Positions 16,929 to 26,292 of a stretch of 45,464 nt of DNA are shown one piece after another. Where the stretch lies: positions 1 through 45,464 of the forward strand of contig CAWUJR010000001.1 of NCBI GenBank assembly GCA_963922375.1, written 5' to 3'. The stretch is from an uncultured Robbsia sp. Its GTDB lineage: Bacteria > Pseudomonadota > Gammaproteobacteria > Burkholderiales > Burkholderiaceae. The position numbers and the translations under genes are program-made. How positions within the stretch are numbered: position 1 is the stretch's first letter; each line of letters starts with the position of its first letter. The notes beneath the pieces are model-generated. The model searched no databases and was not told where the DNA came from. It saw nothing but the letters and a program-made list of their open reading frames with translations.

Positions 16929-16934
16929 GACGTC

Positions 16935-17828
16935 ATGCACTTCACCGACACCGATACCCAGCTTCTCGACGCCGTGCCGTCGTTCGTGAGCATCTCGCCT
17001 TTGCTGAAGGCGACGCCGCGAACGGAGGGTGACCGTCGCTTTGTCTACGTCGAAGCATCGAACGAGACTGTCGATCAGCAAGGCGAGATCGTGTTGGCGA
17101 AAGCCCTCGAAGATTCCCAGGGATTCTTCCGCAAATTCGGCAACCTGGACCTTGAGCATTACACGGTCATTGGGGCGAAAGCTGGCATTCCGAACCATGA
17201 GTCGTATGAAATCGGCGTCCCGGTTGACGTGCGCTTGGAGAAGGGTGCCACGTTCGTGAAGGGCGAGATTTATCAAGGTTCGGGCGACATGGCGGCGAAA
17301 GCCAACATGTTTTGGTCTTCGATGACGGAACAAAACCCGCCGAAGCGTTGGTACACATCGGTCGGCGGTGCGGTGCTCGCAAAGAGCATCGAAATTAACC
17401 CCAAGACCGGGGATCGCGTGGGCGTGGTCTCCAAGGTCCGCTGGTCCAATCTAGCCTTCTCGGCCACACCGGTGAATGCCAACCTACTTCCTGCCTCAGT
17501 GGTCCCATTCGGCCCGCTCGTAAAGGCGTGGGGTGACGCCGGTTGGGACGTTCTCAAGAGCCTCACAGCGGGCCACGAAACCGATTCTGCTGCCATGACT
17601 GGCGGCAGTGCTCTGCGCGAGCAATCCCTGGACCGCAAGGTCATTTCCTACGCCGAGTTCCGCGAAGCGCTCGCCGCCGCATTCACTCAGGGATCAATGC
17701 TCGCGAAAACGAAAAACGATTTGGTGCAGGAGGCCGGCTCGCGTTTCGGTCTTCCAAGCGCCACCGCCACGCGCTACGTGGGGCGGTTTTTGGACGATCT
17801 CAAACGCGGCAACCAGGAGCCTTTATGA
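16935..17828 (+). CDS. Prohead protease
   Basis: EASNETVDQQGE, EHY, GEIY, YTSVGG and AFSATPVN motifs; precedes scaffold and capsid. Confidence 0.8.
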   Translation: MHFTDTDTQLLDAVPSFVSISPLLKATPRTEGDRRFVYVEASNETVDQQGEIVLAKALEDSQGFFRKFGNLDLEHYTVIGAKAGIPNHESYEIGVPVDVRLEKGATFVKGEIYQGSGDMAAKANMFWSSMTEQNPPKRWYTSVGGAVLAKSIEINPKTGDRVGVVSKVRWSNLAFSATPVNANLLPASVVPFGPLVKAWGDAGWDVLKSLTAGHETDSAAMTGGSALREQSLDRKVISYAEFREALAAAFTQGSMLAKTKNDLVQEAGSRFGLPSATATRYVGRFLDDLKRGNQEPL

Positions 17829-18544
17829 ATTTCGAAGAACTGCAAGCAGCGCTCAACGGCGCAGACACGCTGGCGAAGTCGCTGAATGCGGCTCCAGTCA
17901 CCCCATCGGGCAACACGGCCGACGACAAACGCATTGCGGCAGCCGCAGCCGATGGCGAAGCAGCTGGTGGTAGCGACGGTCAGACGAATGACCAAGTCGA
18001 CGCAAACGGCAATCCGATCAAACCAGCCGGCGATAGCAAGCCACTGACGAAGAGCTTCGCGATCACGCTCGACGACGGCACGGTCATCGAAGCCCAAGAC
18101 GGTACCGAGATGCTGAAGGCGTTGGCCGGCCAGCTGGGTGCCGAGAAGGATGCCCGCGTCGCTGACCAGGACTCGCTGCTCAAAGCGCTGGGCCAAACCA
18201 TCGGCTTGTTCAATCAGTTAGCGGCCGGCATCCAAACGGTGAAAGACGACAGCGCGAAACAAATCGCTGAGCTGCGCAAGGAAAACGCAACGCTCACGAA
18301 ATCGCTCACCGCGCTGGGTAACGAGGGCCGCGGCCGCCGCAGCGCGGACGTTCAAGTGATCGACAAGCCGCTCAACGGTTCCCAGCAGAACGCCGCGCCG
18401 TCGCGTCCCGAAATCTTGGCTAAGGCGATGACGGCCCTGACCGAGCAGCGTATCAGCGGCGCCGAAGCAGCGCGCATCGAGGCTGCCCTGAACGCCGGCC
18501 AGCCCATCGAACAGGCAACTCTCGACCGTATTTTCAACAAATAA
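17825..18544 (+). CDS. Scaffolding protein (putative)
   Basis: Helical/coiled-coil composition, six K-S/K-A motifs, lies between protease and capsid; AGGAG RBS before ATG 17825. Confidence 0.75.
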   Translation: MNFEELQAALNGADTLAKSLNAAPVTPSGNTADDKRIAAAAADGEAAGGSDGQTNDQVDANGNPIKPAGDSKPLTKSFAITLDDGTVIEAQDGTEMLKALAGQLGAEKDARVADQDSLLKALGQTIGLFNQLAAGIQTVKDDSAKQIAELRKENATLTKSLTALGNEGRGRRSADVQVIDKPLNGSQQNAAPSRPEILAKAMTALTEQRISGAEAARIEAALNAGQPIEQATLDRIFNK

Positions 18545-18583
18545 ACGCCGCACCAACGGTACTTTTCGGAGGTTTTTTGTATT

Positions 18584-20047
18584 ATGGATTTTCTGCAAAC
18601 AGGTAGCACTTCCGGCATGTCGACCGCTGGTGCGATGGGCCAAGGTGAACTGGCTGCGCTTCAGAAGTCGCTCGAAGCTGGCTACGAAACCGACGTCAAT
18701 GGCATGACGGGCGGCTCGGCGCTGCGCATCCAGTCGCTGGACATGAACCTGCAGGCAACGGTGCAGGACAACAAGCACTTCGCGCTGTTCAATGCGCTGG
18801 CGAAGCCGCGCGCAACCGCGGTGATGGACGAATGGACGGAGCAGTCGAGCATCGGTGGCTTCTTCGGTGGCACGTTCAACACGCAGGATGGTGCCGCAGC
18901 CGAGACGAACGGTGACTACACCCGCCGGACCGGTCAGGTGAAGTACATGTCGACGTATCGCAAAATCCCGATCATTCTGCAACAGCAGAACAATATCGTG
19001 GACGCGACGGCGATCGAGACGACCAACGGCACGAAGCAGCTGCTGACGGACATCGAAGTGGGCCTGTACGAGGGCAACTCGGACATCACGCCGCTCGCCT
19101 TCGACGGTATTTCCAAGCAGATGACGGACCTGGGTTCGGACGACCATATCATCGATATGAACGGCTCGGCTCTATCGGATATCGATGCCATCTCGACAGC
19201 TGCCGAGGTGATCTTCGGGTACGGCAACTTCGGGCGTGCGACCGATATCTATCTGCCGCCGAGCGTGCAGACCGATCTGAACTTGAATCTGGATCCGGCG
19301 TTCCGGATTTTGCTGGACCGCACCGCGCAGACGACCACGCGGGGCACCCACGTGTCGGGCATTCAGACCTCGTACGGTCAGATCATGACGAACACCGACG
19401 TGTTCATCCGTGACGAAAAGCTCAAGAAGCCGTTCGAGCTGCGCTCGGCGATGCACAAGGCTGTCGCTGCAGCGAATGTTGGCTTCCAGCCGGCGTCGAT
19501 CACGCCGACGGTTACGACCACCGACACCGCGTCGAACTTCGCATCCGGTCAGGCGGGCAACTACTTCTACGCTGTGACGGGCATCAACCAATACGGCGAA
19601 ACGACGGCGATCGTCAGTGCCGAAGCGGCAGTCGCCGCGGGCGGTTCGGTGTCGCTGGCCATCGCTGCATCAACAAGCGGCACGGAGACGGGCTATGTGA
19701 TCTATCGCAGCCGCTTGAACGGCACCAACACGCTGTCCGATATGCGCGAAATGGTGCGTGTTGCCAAGGCATCGGGTGGCACGACCACCTACGTCGACGA
19801 AAACTCGGAAATCCCAGGTTCGACGTCGTCGTTCATCCTGAATCTGTCGGAAGCTGACCATGCGATCGCTTGGCGCCAGTTCCTGCCGATGATGAAGATT
19901 CCGATGAACGCGGTGAATTCGCCGATCATCCCGTGGCTGCAGATGATTTGCGGTTACCTGCGGATTTCGAAGCGCAACCAGCACGTGTGGGTCAAAAACA
20001 TCGTGCCAACCACCGCCGCGTGGCAACCGTTCAAAGCAGCGAGCTAA
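18584..20047 (+). CDS. Major capsid protein
   Basis: 487 aa with strong codon bias; LQKSLEAGY..GGSALRIQSLD N terminus, YGNFGRATDIYLP, and an inserted beta-rich domain, recalling SPO1/Twort-like capsids. Confidence 0.9.
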   Translation: MDFLQTGSTSGMSTAGAMGQGELAALQKSLEAGYETDVNGMTGGSALRIQSLDMNLQATVQDNKHFALFNALAKPRATAVMDEWTEQSSIGGFFGGTFNTQDGAAAETNGDYTRRTGQVKYMSTYRKIPIILQQQNNIVDATAIETTNGTKQLLTDIEVGLYEGNSDITPLAFDGISKQMTDLGSDDHIIDMNGSALSDIDAISTAAEVIFGYGNFGRATDIYLPPSVQTDLNLNLDPAFRILLDRTAQTTTRGTHVSGIQTSYGQIMTNTDVFIRDEKLKKPFELRSAMHKAVAAANVGFQPASITPTVTTTDTASNFASGQAGNYFYAVTGINQYGETTAIVSAEAAVAAGGSVSLAIAASTSGTETGYVIYRSRLNGTNTLSDMREMVRVAKASGGTTTYVDENSEIPGSTSSFILNLSEADHAIAWRQFLPMMKIPMNAVNSPIIPWLQMICGYLRISKRNQHVWVKNIVPTTAAWQPFKAAS

Positions 20048-20070
20048 CCGCTAAGCGGTAAGACAACTCG

Positions 20071-20095
20071 ATGGCCGGGGCAACCCGGCCATTCT
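20071..20095 (+). terminator. Hairpin after the capsid gene (weak terminator or mRNA stabiliser)
   Basis: ATGGCCGGG-GCAA-CCCGGCCAT with a GNRA loop and a poor U tract. Confidence 0.6.
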
Positions 20096-20117
20096 CACAC
20101 CAAATTTGGAGAAAACC

Positions 20118-20369
20118 ATGCGAGTACTGTGCAAGCTGCCGAATGCAAGCGGTCTGATCAACGGCATCAAGTTCGAGAAACACAAGCTCGGCCGTATTTC
20201 CGAGGAGATCGACGAGGACATCGCGGCGCACTTTCTGAAAATCAACGGATATGTGGCTGTCGCCCCGGAGAAAAAGGCAGCAGCAACCGCAGAGACGGGA
20301 GAGGGCGCCGAAACCTCGGACGCCAACAAGCCGGCCAGCATGACCGTGAAAGACGCTGCAACGGCGTAA
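20118..20369 (+). CDS. Small virion-associated hypothetical protein
   Basis: GGAGA RBS; directly after the capsid gene. Confidence 0.7.
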   Translation: MRVLCKLPNASGLINGIKFEKHKLGRISEEIDEDIAAHFLKINGYVAVAPEKKAAATAETGEGAETSDANKPASMTVKDAATA

Positions 20370-20389
20370 GCCGGTCGATCGCCGATGTG

Positions 20390-20422
20390 CCGCCTGACTC
20401 GCAAGAGTGGGCGGTTTTCTTT
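20390..20422 (+). terminator. Rho-independent terminator
   Basis: CCGCCT(g)ACTC-GCAA-GAGTGGGCGG-TTTTCTTT. Confidence 0.75.
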
Positions 20423-20436
20423 CGTGATCGCAGACT
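20421..20436 (+). promoter_or_regulatory. Putative late promoter element (head completion genes)
   Basis: TTCGTGA-TCG-CAGACT; +1 is A20443; abuts the terminator. Confidence 0.7.
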
Positions 20437-20451
20437 GGCTTCATTCAACCA

Positions 20452-21339
20452 ATGCCGTTGCCCCACATGAGCACAACTGACACCTCCACGAGCACGGCCG
20501 CCGCTGTCGGCTCGACCACCATGACGTCGGCCATTTTTCCAGATCAAACCGCCGCGATCGCGGATCTGCGGGCGTTGGTCTCCCTCGGCGCGGGAAAGTA
20601 TTTCAACGTCGCGGCGCTGACCGACACCATGCTGTGGGACAAGATGATGGCCGCCGAGGCCGAGGCAGAACACAAGCTGCGCGTTTTTTTCAGCCCGACG
20701 GAGGTCATTCCGGACAACGCACCGCAGTCTGAGATCGACGCGTTCGAAGCGGCTGGCACGCGCTACTCGCTTATCTCGGCGTTCGACTATGAGCCGAAGC
20801 TCTTCAAAACGGATGCGTGGGGCTATATCCGGTTGCCGTTCAAGCCCATTCAGGCGGTCCACTCGATCATCATCAATTTCCCGTCGCCGTTCCTGATGAA
20901 TTACACGGTACCGAACGACTGGATCCGGATCGATCGCCGGTTCGGCGATCTGCGCCTGGTGCCGACCAGCACTGCGGCCGTCACCCCGGTTGGCGCGTAC
21001 GCGGTAGCGATGTGGGGCGGCGACACCTATCCGCAAGCGGTCGGCATCCGGTACCGGTGTGGATTGGTGAATGCGAATGGTCAAGCGGTGTCGAGCTTTG
21101 CCCAGCACTGGAACGACCTGGTCGACGTCGTAAAACGTATGGCGATCTTGAAAATCCTCCGCACAGCGATGCTGCCCAGTTCCACATCGATATCGGCCGA
21201 CGGCCTATCGCAGTCGAGAAGCTTCAATTTCGACGGATGGCAGGCTGGCATCGACGATGCCCTCATGGGGCCTCACGGGGCCAATGGTGGCCTGTACTCG
21301 TTGATCCACGGTGTGTCCGGCACCGTCATGGGGGGCTGA
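20452..21339 (+). CDS. Head-tail adaptor (putative)
   Basis: Position after capsid; AEAEAEHKL, IRLPFKPI and STSISADGLSQS motifs. Start is 20452 or 20467. Confidence 0.65.
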   Translation: MPLPHMSTTDTSTSTAAAVGSTTMTSAIFPDQTAAIADLRALVSLGAGKYFNVAALTDTMLWDKMMAAEAEAEHKLRVFFSPTEVIPDNAPQSEIDAFEAAGTRYSLISAFDYEPKLFKTDAWGYIRLPFKPIQAVHSIIINFPSPFLMNYTVPNDWIRIDRRFGDLRLVPTSTAAVTPVGAYAVAMWGGDTYPQAVGIRYRCGLVNANGQAVSSFAQHWNDLVDVVKRMAILKILRTAMLPSSTSISADGLSQSRSFNFDGWQAGIDDALMGPHGANGGLYSLIHGVSGTVMGG

Positions 21340-21340
21340 T

Positions 21341-21991
21341 ATGTCGTTCAGTGTCGATGACTTCAACGAATTCCTGGGCGAGTCGGGCCCGGTTGGCCAG
21401 ACCTACATTTGGTATCGGGCAGACCCCTGCCCTTGCGCAGATGCACACTCCGGCGCCGGGAGACAGGGCTGCCCGATGTGTTCCGGGAAAGGCGTTCAGT
21501 TCGCCGCGGGTCAGGGCGGCGTCGCGGCCATGGCCAGCTCACGCACGCAACGGGAGTGGGCACAGTTCGGGACGTATGAGCAGGGTGACGTGGTGGTCAC
21601 CATCCCAGAAAACTCTCCTCTCTATGACGTCGGTCAATACGATCGGGTGACGGCAACGGACAGTATCGTTCGGTTTGGTGAAGTGCTCGAGCATGGCTCA
21701 GGGGCGCTCGAAGTCCTGCCTTTCTTGGCCCTCTCCATTACCCGTGTTTTCTGGCTCAACGAAGATGAGACCGCGAACGTAGATGGCGGCATCCCGACGA
21801 TTGCTGAGGACGGCTCTTTGTCCTGGCCCGAGGGTGGAGAACCGCCGGCGGACACCCAGTACACTGTGACGGGGACCAAATACCTCGAGTACATCTGTCT
21901 GGGCAATTTTCCTACCAACCGCGCGATGGGGCAGGGCTTGCGACTGCCGCGCAAGGTGGTACTGCGAGACAGCGACCTCTTCAAGCGCTAA
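21341..21991 (+). CDS. Head completion / neck protein (putative)
   Basis: CPC..CPMCSGKG motif; ATG 1 nt after the upstream stop. Confidence 0.6.
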   Translation: MSFSVDDFNEFLGESGPVGQTYIWYRADPCPCADAHSGAGRQGCPMCSGKGVQFAAGQGGVAAMASSRTQREWAQFGTYEQGDVVVTIPENSPLYDVGQYDRVTATDSIVRFGEVLEHGSGALEVLPFLALSITRVFWLNEDETANVDGGIPTIAEDGSLSWPEGGEPPADTQYTVTGTKYLEYICLGNFPTNRAMGQGLRLPRKVVLRDSDLFKR

Positions 21992-22842
21992 GCGAGGCCC
22001 TCGCGCCGCACGGCTTCATTCAGTGCCGCCTCGGCGACCGGTCGCATGGCATCCGCTACGTTGCGGGCGAGATACATGCCTGGTCGCGCTTTGATCACCC
22101 ATCCGCTCGATCCGTCGATGACGGTCCGAAACGTTAGATATGAGCTTCCGCCGGTGGACTCCTGCATCCTCACCATGCCCGCGTACTTACGCTGATCTGC
22201 TTTCGACGCTCCGGCTTCAGCGAGCATTTGCCGTGTGACCTTTCCTCCCCAGTTGTACGAATTTTGATTCACTAGGTACGCGCTTCGCGAGCCAATACTC
22301 GACAGATATGGGCTTTGCTCCGCTGCTGGCGACATTCCGCCGGTGGGAGAAAGGTTTGTTACTTCGCCAGCCGGCCGGTATCCGCTGCCGGTTACTTTGC
22401 TCGCGGTCATTTGACTTGCCAGGTCATAGACACTCGCTGGCATCGCGGGAGCATGTGCGGAATTTCCAGGTGTGTTCTGGCGCATGGGCACCACCAGGAA
22501 TCGTCGGCCGTCTTTCGTTCGCCGCACCTTCGGACTGTTGAGCAGCGCGGGCTTCAGGTCTTTCGGCGGCCGGCCGTTCTCTATCTCGTCGGCCAGATCA
22601 TAGTCTGCAATGATGTCGGCCCGCAGACCATCGCCCCAATAATCGATCCGAATCGACTTCGCGTACGCGTCCTTTTCGACACTCCAAAGCGGAGCGGCGT
22701 AGACCGCATCGATCCACGTTCTACGCACTTCACTCGCGATCGCGGCTACCGCCTGCTCCAGCAGCGGAAACACTTGTCCATTGATGATGTTGTTGATATC
22801 CCGGATCGTCGGGAGCTGCAACTTGATCGAATAATCGGCCAT
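21988..22842 (-). CDS. Neck / tail-completion protein (HK97 gp10-like, putative), inverted orientation
   Basis: Y.KSI..A.EIENGRPPKDLK..LLNSPKVRRTKDGRRFLVVP..YLTFRT; AAGGAGG RBS before ATG 22842. Confidence 0.65.
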   Translation of the reverse strand: MADYSIKLQLPTIRDINNIINGQVFPLLEQAVAAIASEVRRTWIDAVYAAPLWSVEKDAYAKSIRIDYWGDGLRADIIADYDLADEIENGRPPKDLKPALLNSPKVRRTKDGRRFLVVPMRQNTPGNSAHAPAMPASVYDLASQMTASKVTGSGYRPAGEVTNLSPTGGMSPAAEQSPYLSSIGSRSAYLVNQNSYNWGGKVTRQMLAEAGASKADQRKYAGMVRMQESTGGSSYLTFRTVIDGSSGWVIKARPGMYLARNVADAMRPVAEAALNEAVRREGLA

Positions 22843-22862
22843 CACAATTCCTCCTTCCCCAC

Positions 22863-22878
22863 AGCATCCCATCACGAA
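22863..22878 (-). promoter_or_regulatory. Putative late promoter element for the inverted gene
   Basis: Minus strand TTCGTGA-TGG-GATGCT; +1 is A22856, the first base of AAGGAGG. Confidence 0.72.
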
Positions 22879-22894
22879 GTCGTGACGCCAATCT
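22879..22894 (+). promoter_or_regulatory. Putative late promoter element (tail operon), leaderless
   Basis: GTCGTGA-CGC-CAATCT-ggcgtc-ATG. Confidence 0.82.
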
Positions 22895-22900
22895 GGCGTC

Positions 22901-23743
22901 ATGACATTCGCCTATATCGCGCCGCTCGCTGCCGGCAACGCCGTATCCATCAAGTTGAACGCGCCGGATGGAACGCAGTTTCTACGCGTGCTTCGCAAGG
23001 TGAGTACGGACGGCGCAAAGTTCGATAGCGAGTTGGATACCGCAGCTGTTGTCGTTTTCGAAGGTACGGCGGACGAGTTCATCGATACCGAGTGCCTGAT
23101 CAATGGAACGACCTACCTGTACGGCGATTTCACGTACGACGGCGTGGCTTGGTCCGCAGGTGACACCGCAACGGCCACGCCTGCGGCGACGTACGAGGAC
23201 CAAAGCGTCGATGTCATGACGTTTGTGCGCGAGCGCATCTCGTTGGGTCTCGCCAACGAAATCGCCCAGAAGCGGCTCTTTCCCGAAACCAAGGTTATCG
23301 AAGTCCTTACCGCGCCGCCTCTGTTCGATAGGACTCGCTGGCCGGTCGTCACGGTTCATCTGAGCTCCGACGGCAGCGCAGAGCGCGGCATTGGGGAGGA
23401 AGTGTCCCCCGATATTTACAGCGCGGTCGGCAGCGATTGGACCGACCTCCGCGGTTGGCTTTCGCACACGTCCATCACTGTTATCGGATGGTCGAAGAAC
23501 CCTGACGAGCGGATCGCATTGCGTATGGCGCTGCGCCGCATCGTGATTGCAAATCTTCAGGTATTCGACAGTGCCGCTATCCAGCGCATCGATTTTCGCC
23601 AAACCGACGAAGACATCATGTCCGGCCTTCCCGTGCCGGTCTACCAATCTATCGGCACGTTCACCTGTTTTGCCCCCGTGGCAGTCGGTGCTCAGGCCGG
23701 TGGCATCTCGGGCGTAACGATGACGTTCACGCCAAGTAATTAA
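22901..23743 (+). CDS. Tail terminator / completion protein (putative)
   Basis: Precedes the sheath gene; WPVVTVHL..E.GIGE and WSKNPDER motifs. Confidence 0.6.
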   Translation: MTFAYIAPLAAGNAVSIKLNAPDGTQFLRVLRKVSTDGAKFDSELDTAAVVVFEGTADEFIDTECLINGTTYLYGDFTYDGVAWSAGDTATATPAATYEDQSVDVMTFVRERISLGLANEIAQKRLFPETKVIEVLTAPPLFDRTRWPVVTVHLSSDGSAERGIGEEVSPDIYSAVGSDWTDLRGWLSHTSITVIGWSKNPDERIALRMALRRIVIANLQVFDSAAIQRIDFRQTDEDIMSGLPVPVYQSIGTFTCFAPVAVGAQAGGISGVTMTFTPSN

Positions 23744-23783
23744 AAACCGGCTTGATCGCCATTCCTACTGTTACGGAGAATTT

Positions 23784-24035
23784 ATGAGCACCGACTCGAC
23801 CGATTCCGGTACCGCAGCAGCAACGACTGCAGCAAGCACCCCCGCCGCAGCGCCGGCCGTCGCTGCATCACCACAGATCACGTTGCACCAGTTCGCGCTG
23901 GAAGTGTCCGGGCGCGACAAACGTGTCGCGTTGTTGCACGGCTTTCTCCACGGGGAACAAACCGCGCGCCGCTTCAAAGACACCGAGGCCAACTACGAAG
24001 CCCGGTACCTCGAATTCGCAAACAAGCCAGTCTAA
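23784..24035 (+). CDS. Small pre-sheath virion protein
   Basis: GGAGA RBS; S/T/A-rich N terminus. Confidence 0.65.
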   Translation: MSTDSTDSGTAAATTAASTPAAAPAVAASPQITLHQFALEVSGRDKRVALLHGFLHGEQTARRFKDTEANYEARYLEFANKPV

Positions 24036-24044
24036 GGAGCAGAG

Positions 24045-25778
24045 ATGGGCGGCACTTCCTACTACTTCAATGGCGCCACACGCGTATCGCCGGGGACGTT
24101 CTCGTACGTCGACGATTCCGCGCTGACGCCAGCAGGCACGACCACCGGGAATCTGGCCTGCATCATGGGCACATCGACCGGCGGCGAACCTAATACGCTT
24201 CTGACTTTCACCGATCCGGACAAGGTCGTGGCGACGCTTGGTACCGGGCTTTTGGCGCAGGCTGTCATGCGCGCGTTCAATCCGAGTGACGACACCGGCG
24301 GCCCGGCCTCGGTCGCCTGCATTCGGGTAAATCCGGCGGTGCAATCGACGTTGACGCTCAAGGATGCGAGCGGAAACGCAGTCATCACGCTGACGTCGGC
24401 GGACTGGGGCGCATGGACGGCGAAGCTTAAAGTCTCGGTGGGCGCGGGTTCGACGGCGGGGCTGAAGCTGAGCACCGCGTACGGCACGACGGTGTACACC
24501 CAGGACAACCTGAATGTGTCGCCCTTCTCCGTGCAATACACGGGTGGTGCGGCGAGTGCAACGATGACGATCACCAATGAAACGGTGACGTTATTCGCGC
24601 CTGCCGGCACGCAGGTGGCAAGCATCGATCTGAATACCTTCTCGACGATCGAAGAGCTCGTTGACAGCATCAACGTCGTGGCCGACTTCGCGGCGACGGT
24701 CACCTCTGGCTATACGGACGCGACGGCGTTGAACGGCCTGGACTCCGTCACGGCAGTTGATATCGCGACGCAGGAATACTCTGCTCTCGCCAACCTGCAG
24801 GCAGTCGTCGACTACTTCAATGGCTCGTCTCAGCCGTACGTCACTGCCGCACGCGTATCGGGTGCCGGGTCGCCCCCGGCCGCGATCAGCTACCAGTATC
24901 TGACAGGTGGGTCGGACGGTGTCACCACAACCAGCTCGTGGGACGCATCGTTCTCCGCATTGCAACTGGCGGATGTGCAGTGGATCACGCCGATCAGTTC
25001 GGATCCGGCGATCCACGCCATGGCTGATGCCCATGTGCAGTACATGAGCACCACCGGCAAGAAGGAGCGTCGGGCGATCTGCGGCACGCCTCTGTCCACG
25101 TCCGATACGGCTGCGATCGCGCTCGCCAAGGCGATCAACTCGAACCGCACGTCGCTCATCCACCTCGGCCATTACTCGTACGACCTCACCGGTGCGACAT
25201 CCGACCTTGTGCTATGGGCGCCGTATATCACGGCCGCCGCCATGGCAGGGGCATTCTCGGCTGTAGATCCTGGCACGCCGCTGACCAACAAGGCTTTCAA
25301 CTTCACGGGCCTCGAGCGGGATCTGAACGACCCGGGCGACACCGATCCGTTGTTGGAGGGCGGCGTTGTGCCGTTTGAAAACACCTCGGCTGGGTACAAG
25401 TGCACGCAGTCCATCACTACGTGGCTGACGTCGACCGCGTACGACAAGGTCGAGCAGTCTGTCGGTTTCGCGGCCGACTATTGCGCCCGTACGTTGCGTA
25501 CGGCGATCGATCCGGTTCGCGGCGGCAAAAACGGGCCTCTGCTTATGGGCGATGCGCTCCAACGCGCGGAATCGGCATTGCGCGCGATGGCGGTGCCGGC
25601 TCCCAATGGCCCGGGTGTGCTCGTCGGCGACGCAGACAACCCCGCGTACCAAAACCTGACGGTCGCCCTTGTCGACGACTACATCACCGTCTCGGTCCAG
25701 GCCGCAATCGTCCTGCCTTGTAACTACGTCGGTATCACGATCGCGGCTGTCCCGTACAGCGGCTCCGTGTCGGCCTAA
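24045..25778 (+). CDS. Tail sheath protein
   Basis: 577 aa; YFNG..PG.FS, MG.STGGEP, YLTGGSDG and PLTNK motifs; precedes the tube gene. Confidence 0.9.
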   Translation: MGGTSYYFNGATRVSPGTFSYVDDSALTPAGTTTGNLACIMGTSTGGEPNTLLTFTDPDKVVATLGTGLLAQAVMRAFNPSDDTGGPASVACIRVNPAVQSTLTLKDASGNAVITLTSADWGAWTAKLKVSVGAGSTAGLKLSTAYGTTVYTQDNLNVSPFSVQYTGGAASATMTITNETVTLFAPAGTQVASIDLNTFSTIEELVDSINVVADFAATVTSGYTDATALNGLDSVTAVDIATQEYSALANLQAVVDYFNGSSQPYVTAARVSGAGSPPAAISYQYLTGGSDGVTTTSSWDASFSALQLADVQWITPISSDPAIHAMADAHVQYMSTTGKKERRAICGTPLSTSDTAAIALAKAINSNRTSLIHLGHYSYDLTGATSDLVLWAPYITAAAMAGAFSAVDPGTPLTNKAFNFTGLERDLNDPGDTDPLLEGGVVPFENTSAGYKCTQSITTWLTSTAYDKVEQSVGFAADYCARTLRTAIDPVRGGKNGPLLMGDALQRAESALRAMAVPAPNGPGVLVGDADNPAYQNLTVALVDDYITVSVQAAIVLPCNYVGITIAAVPYSGSVSA

Positions 25779-25793
25779 AAGGAGAGCTGAATC

Positions 25794-26240
25794 ATGGCAA
25801 CCACCACCACGGCCACCACCACCGCCAATCTGAAGACCCGCAGCGGTAATACCTGCGCAGTTCTCTTCGGTGGTGTCCAGATCGGGCTCTTGCAGTCGAT
25901 TCGCGCAAGCGATGACTACTCGCCGGAGCCGGCCTCGGGCATCGGCGACATTCACGTCCAGGAATGGGTGCCAACCATGGCCCGCCACTCGCTGTCGGTT
26001 CAAGCGATGGTGCTCGACAAGGGGGCGATGATGACCGCCGGCATAGCACAAGAGAACGGCGACGCCGTCTTGAAAGGTCTGGTCTTTGACGTCGTCGTCT
26101 ACGACGGCTCGAGCGGGTCGGCGCTGCGTAAGTACGTCGGCTGCTCGTACGCCTCGGGCGATATCGAAGTGACCAAGCATGCGATCGTCATGCAAACGGC
26201 GCAACTCTACGCGCTGGATGTGAGCGGTACTGCAATGTAA
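25794..26240 (+). CDS. Tail tube protein
   Basis: 148 aa after the sheath; IGLLQS..DDY..GIGDIH..E.VP. Confidence 0.85.
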   Translation: MATTTTATTTANLKTRSGNTCAVLFGGVQIGLLQSIRASDDYSPEPASGIGDIHVQEWVPTMARHSLSVQAMVLDKGAMMTAGIAQENGDAVLKGLVFDVVVYDGSSGSALRKYVGCSYASGDIEVTKHAIVMQTAQLYALDVSGTAM

Positions 26241-26246
26241 CGAATG

Positions 26247-26276
26247 CGCCGGCCGCGTCTGCGGTCGGCGTTTCTT
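26247..26276 (+). terminator. Terminator/attenuator after the tube gene
   Basis: CGCCGGCCGC-gtct-GCGGTCGGCG-TTTCTT. Confidence 0.65.
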
Positions 26277-26292
26277 CAAAGAGATAGAGATC

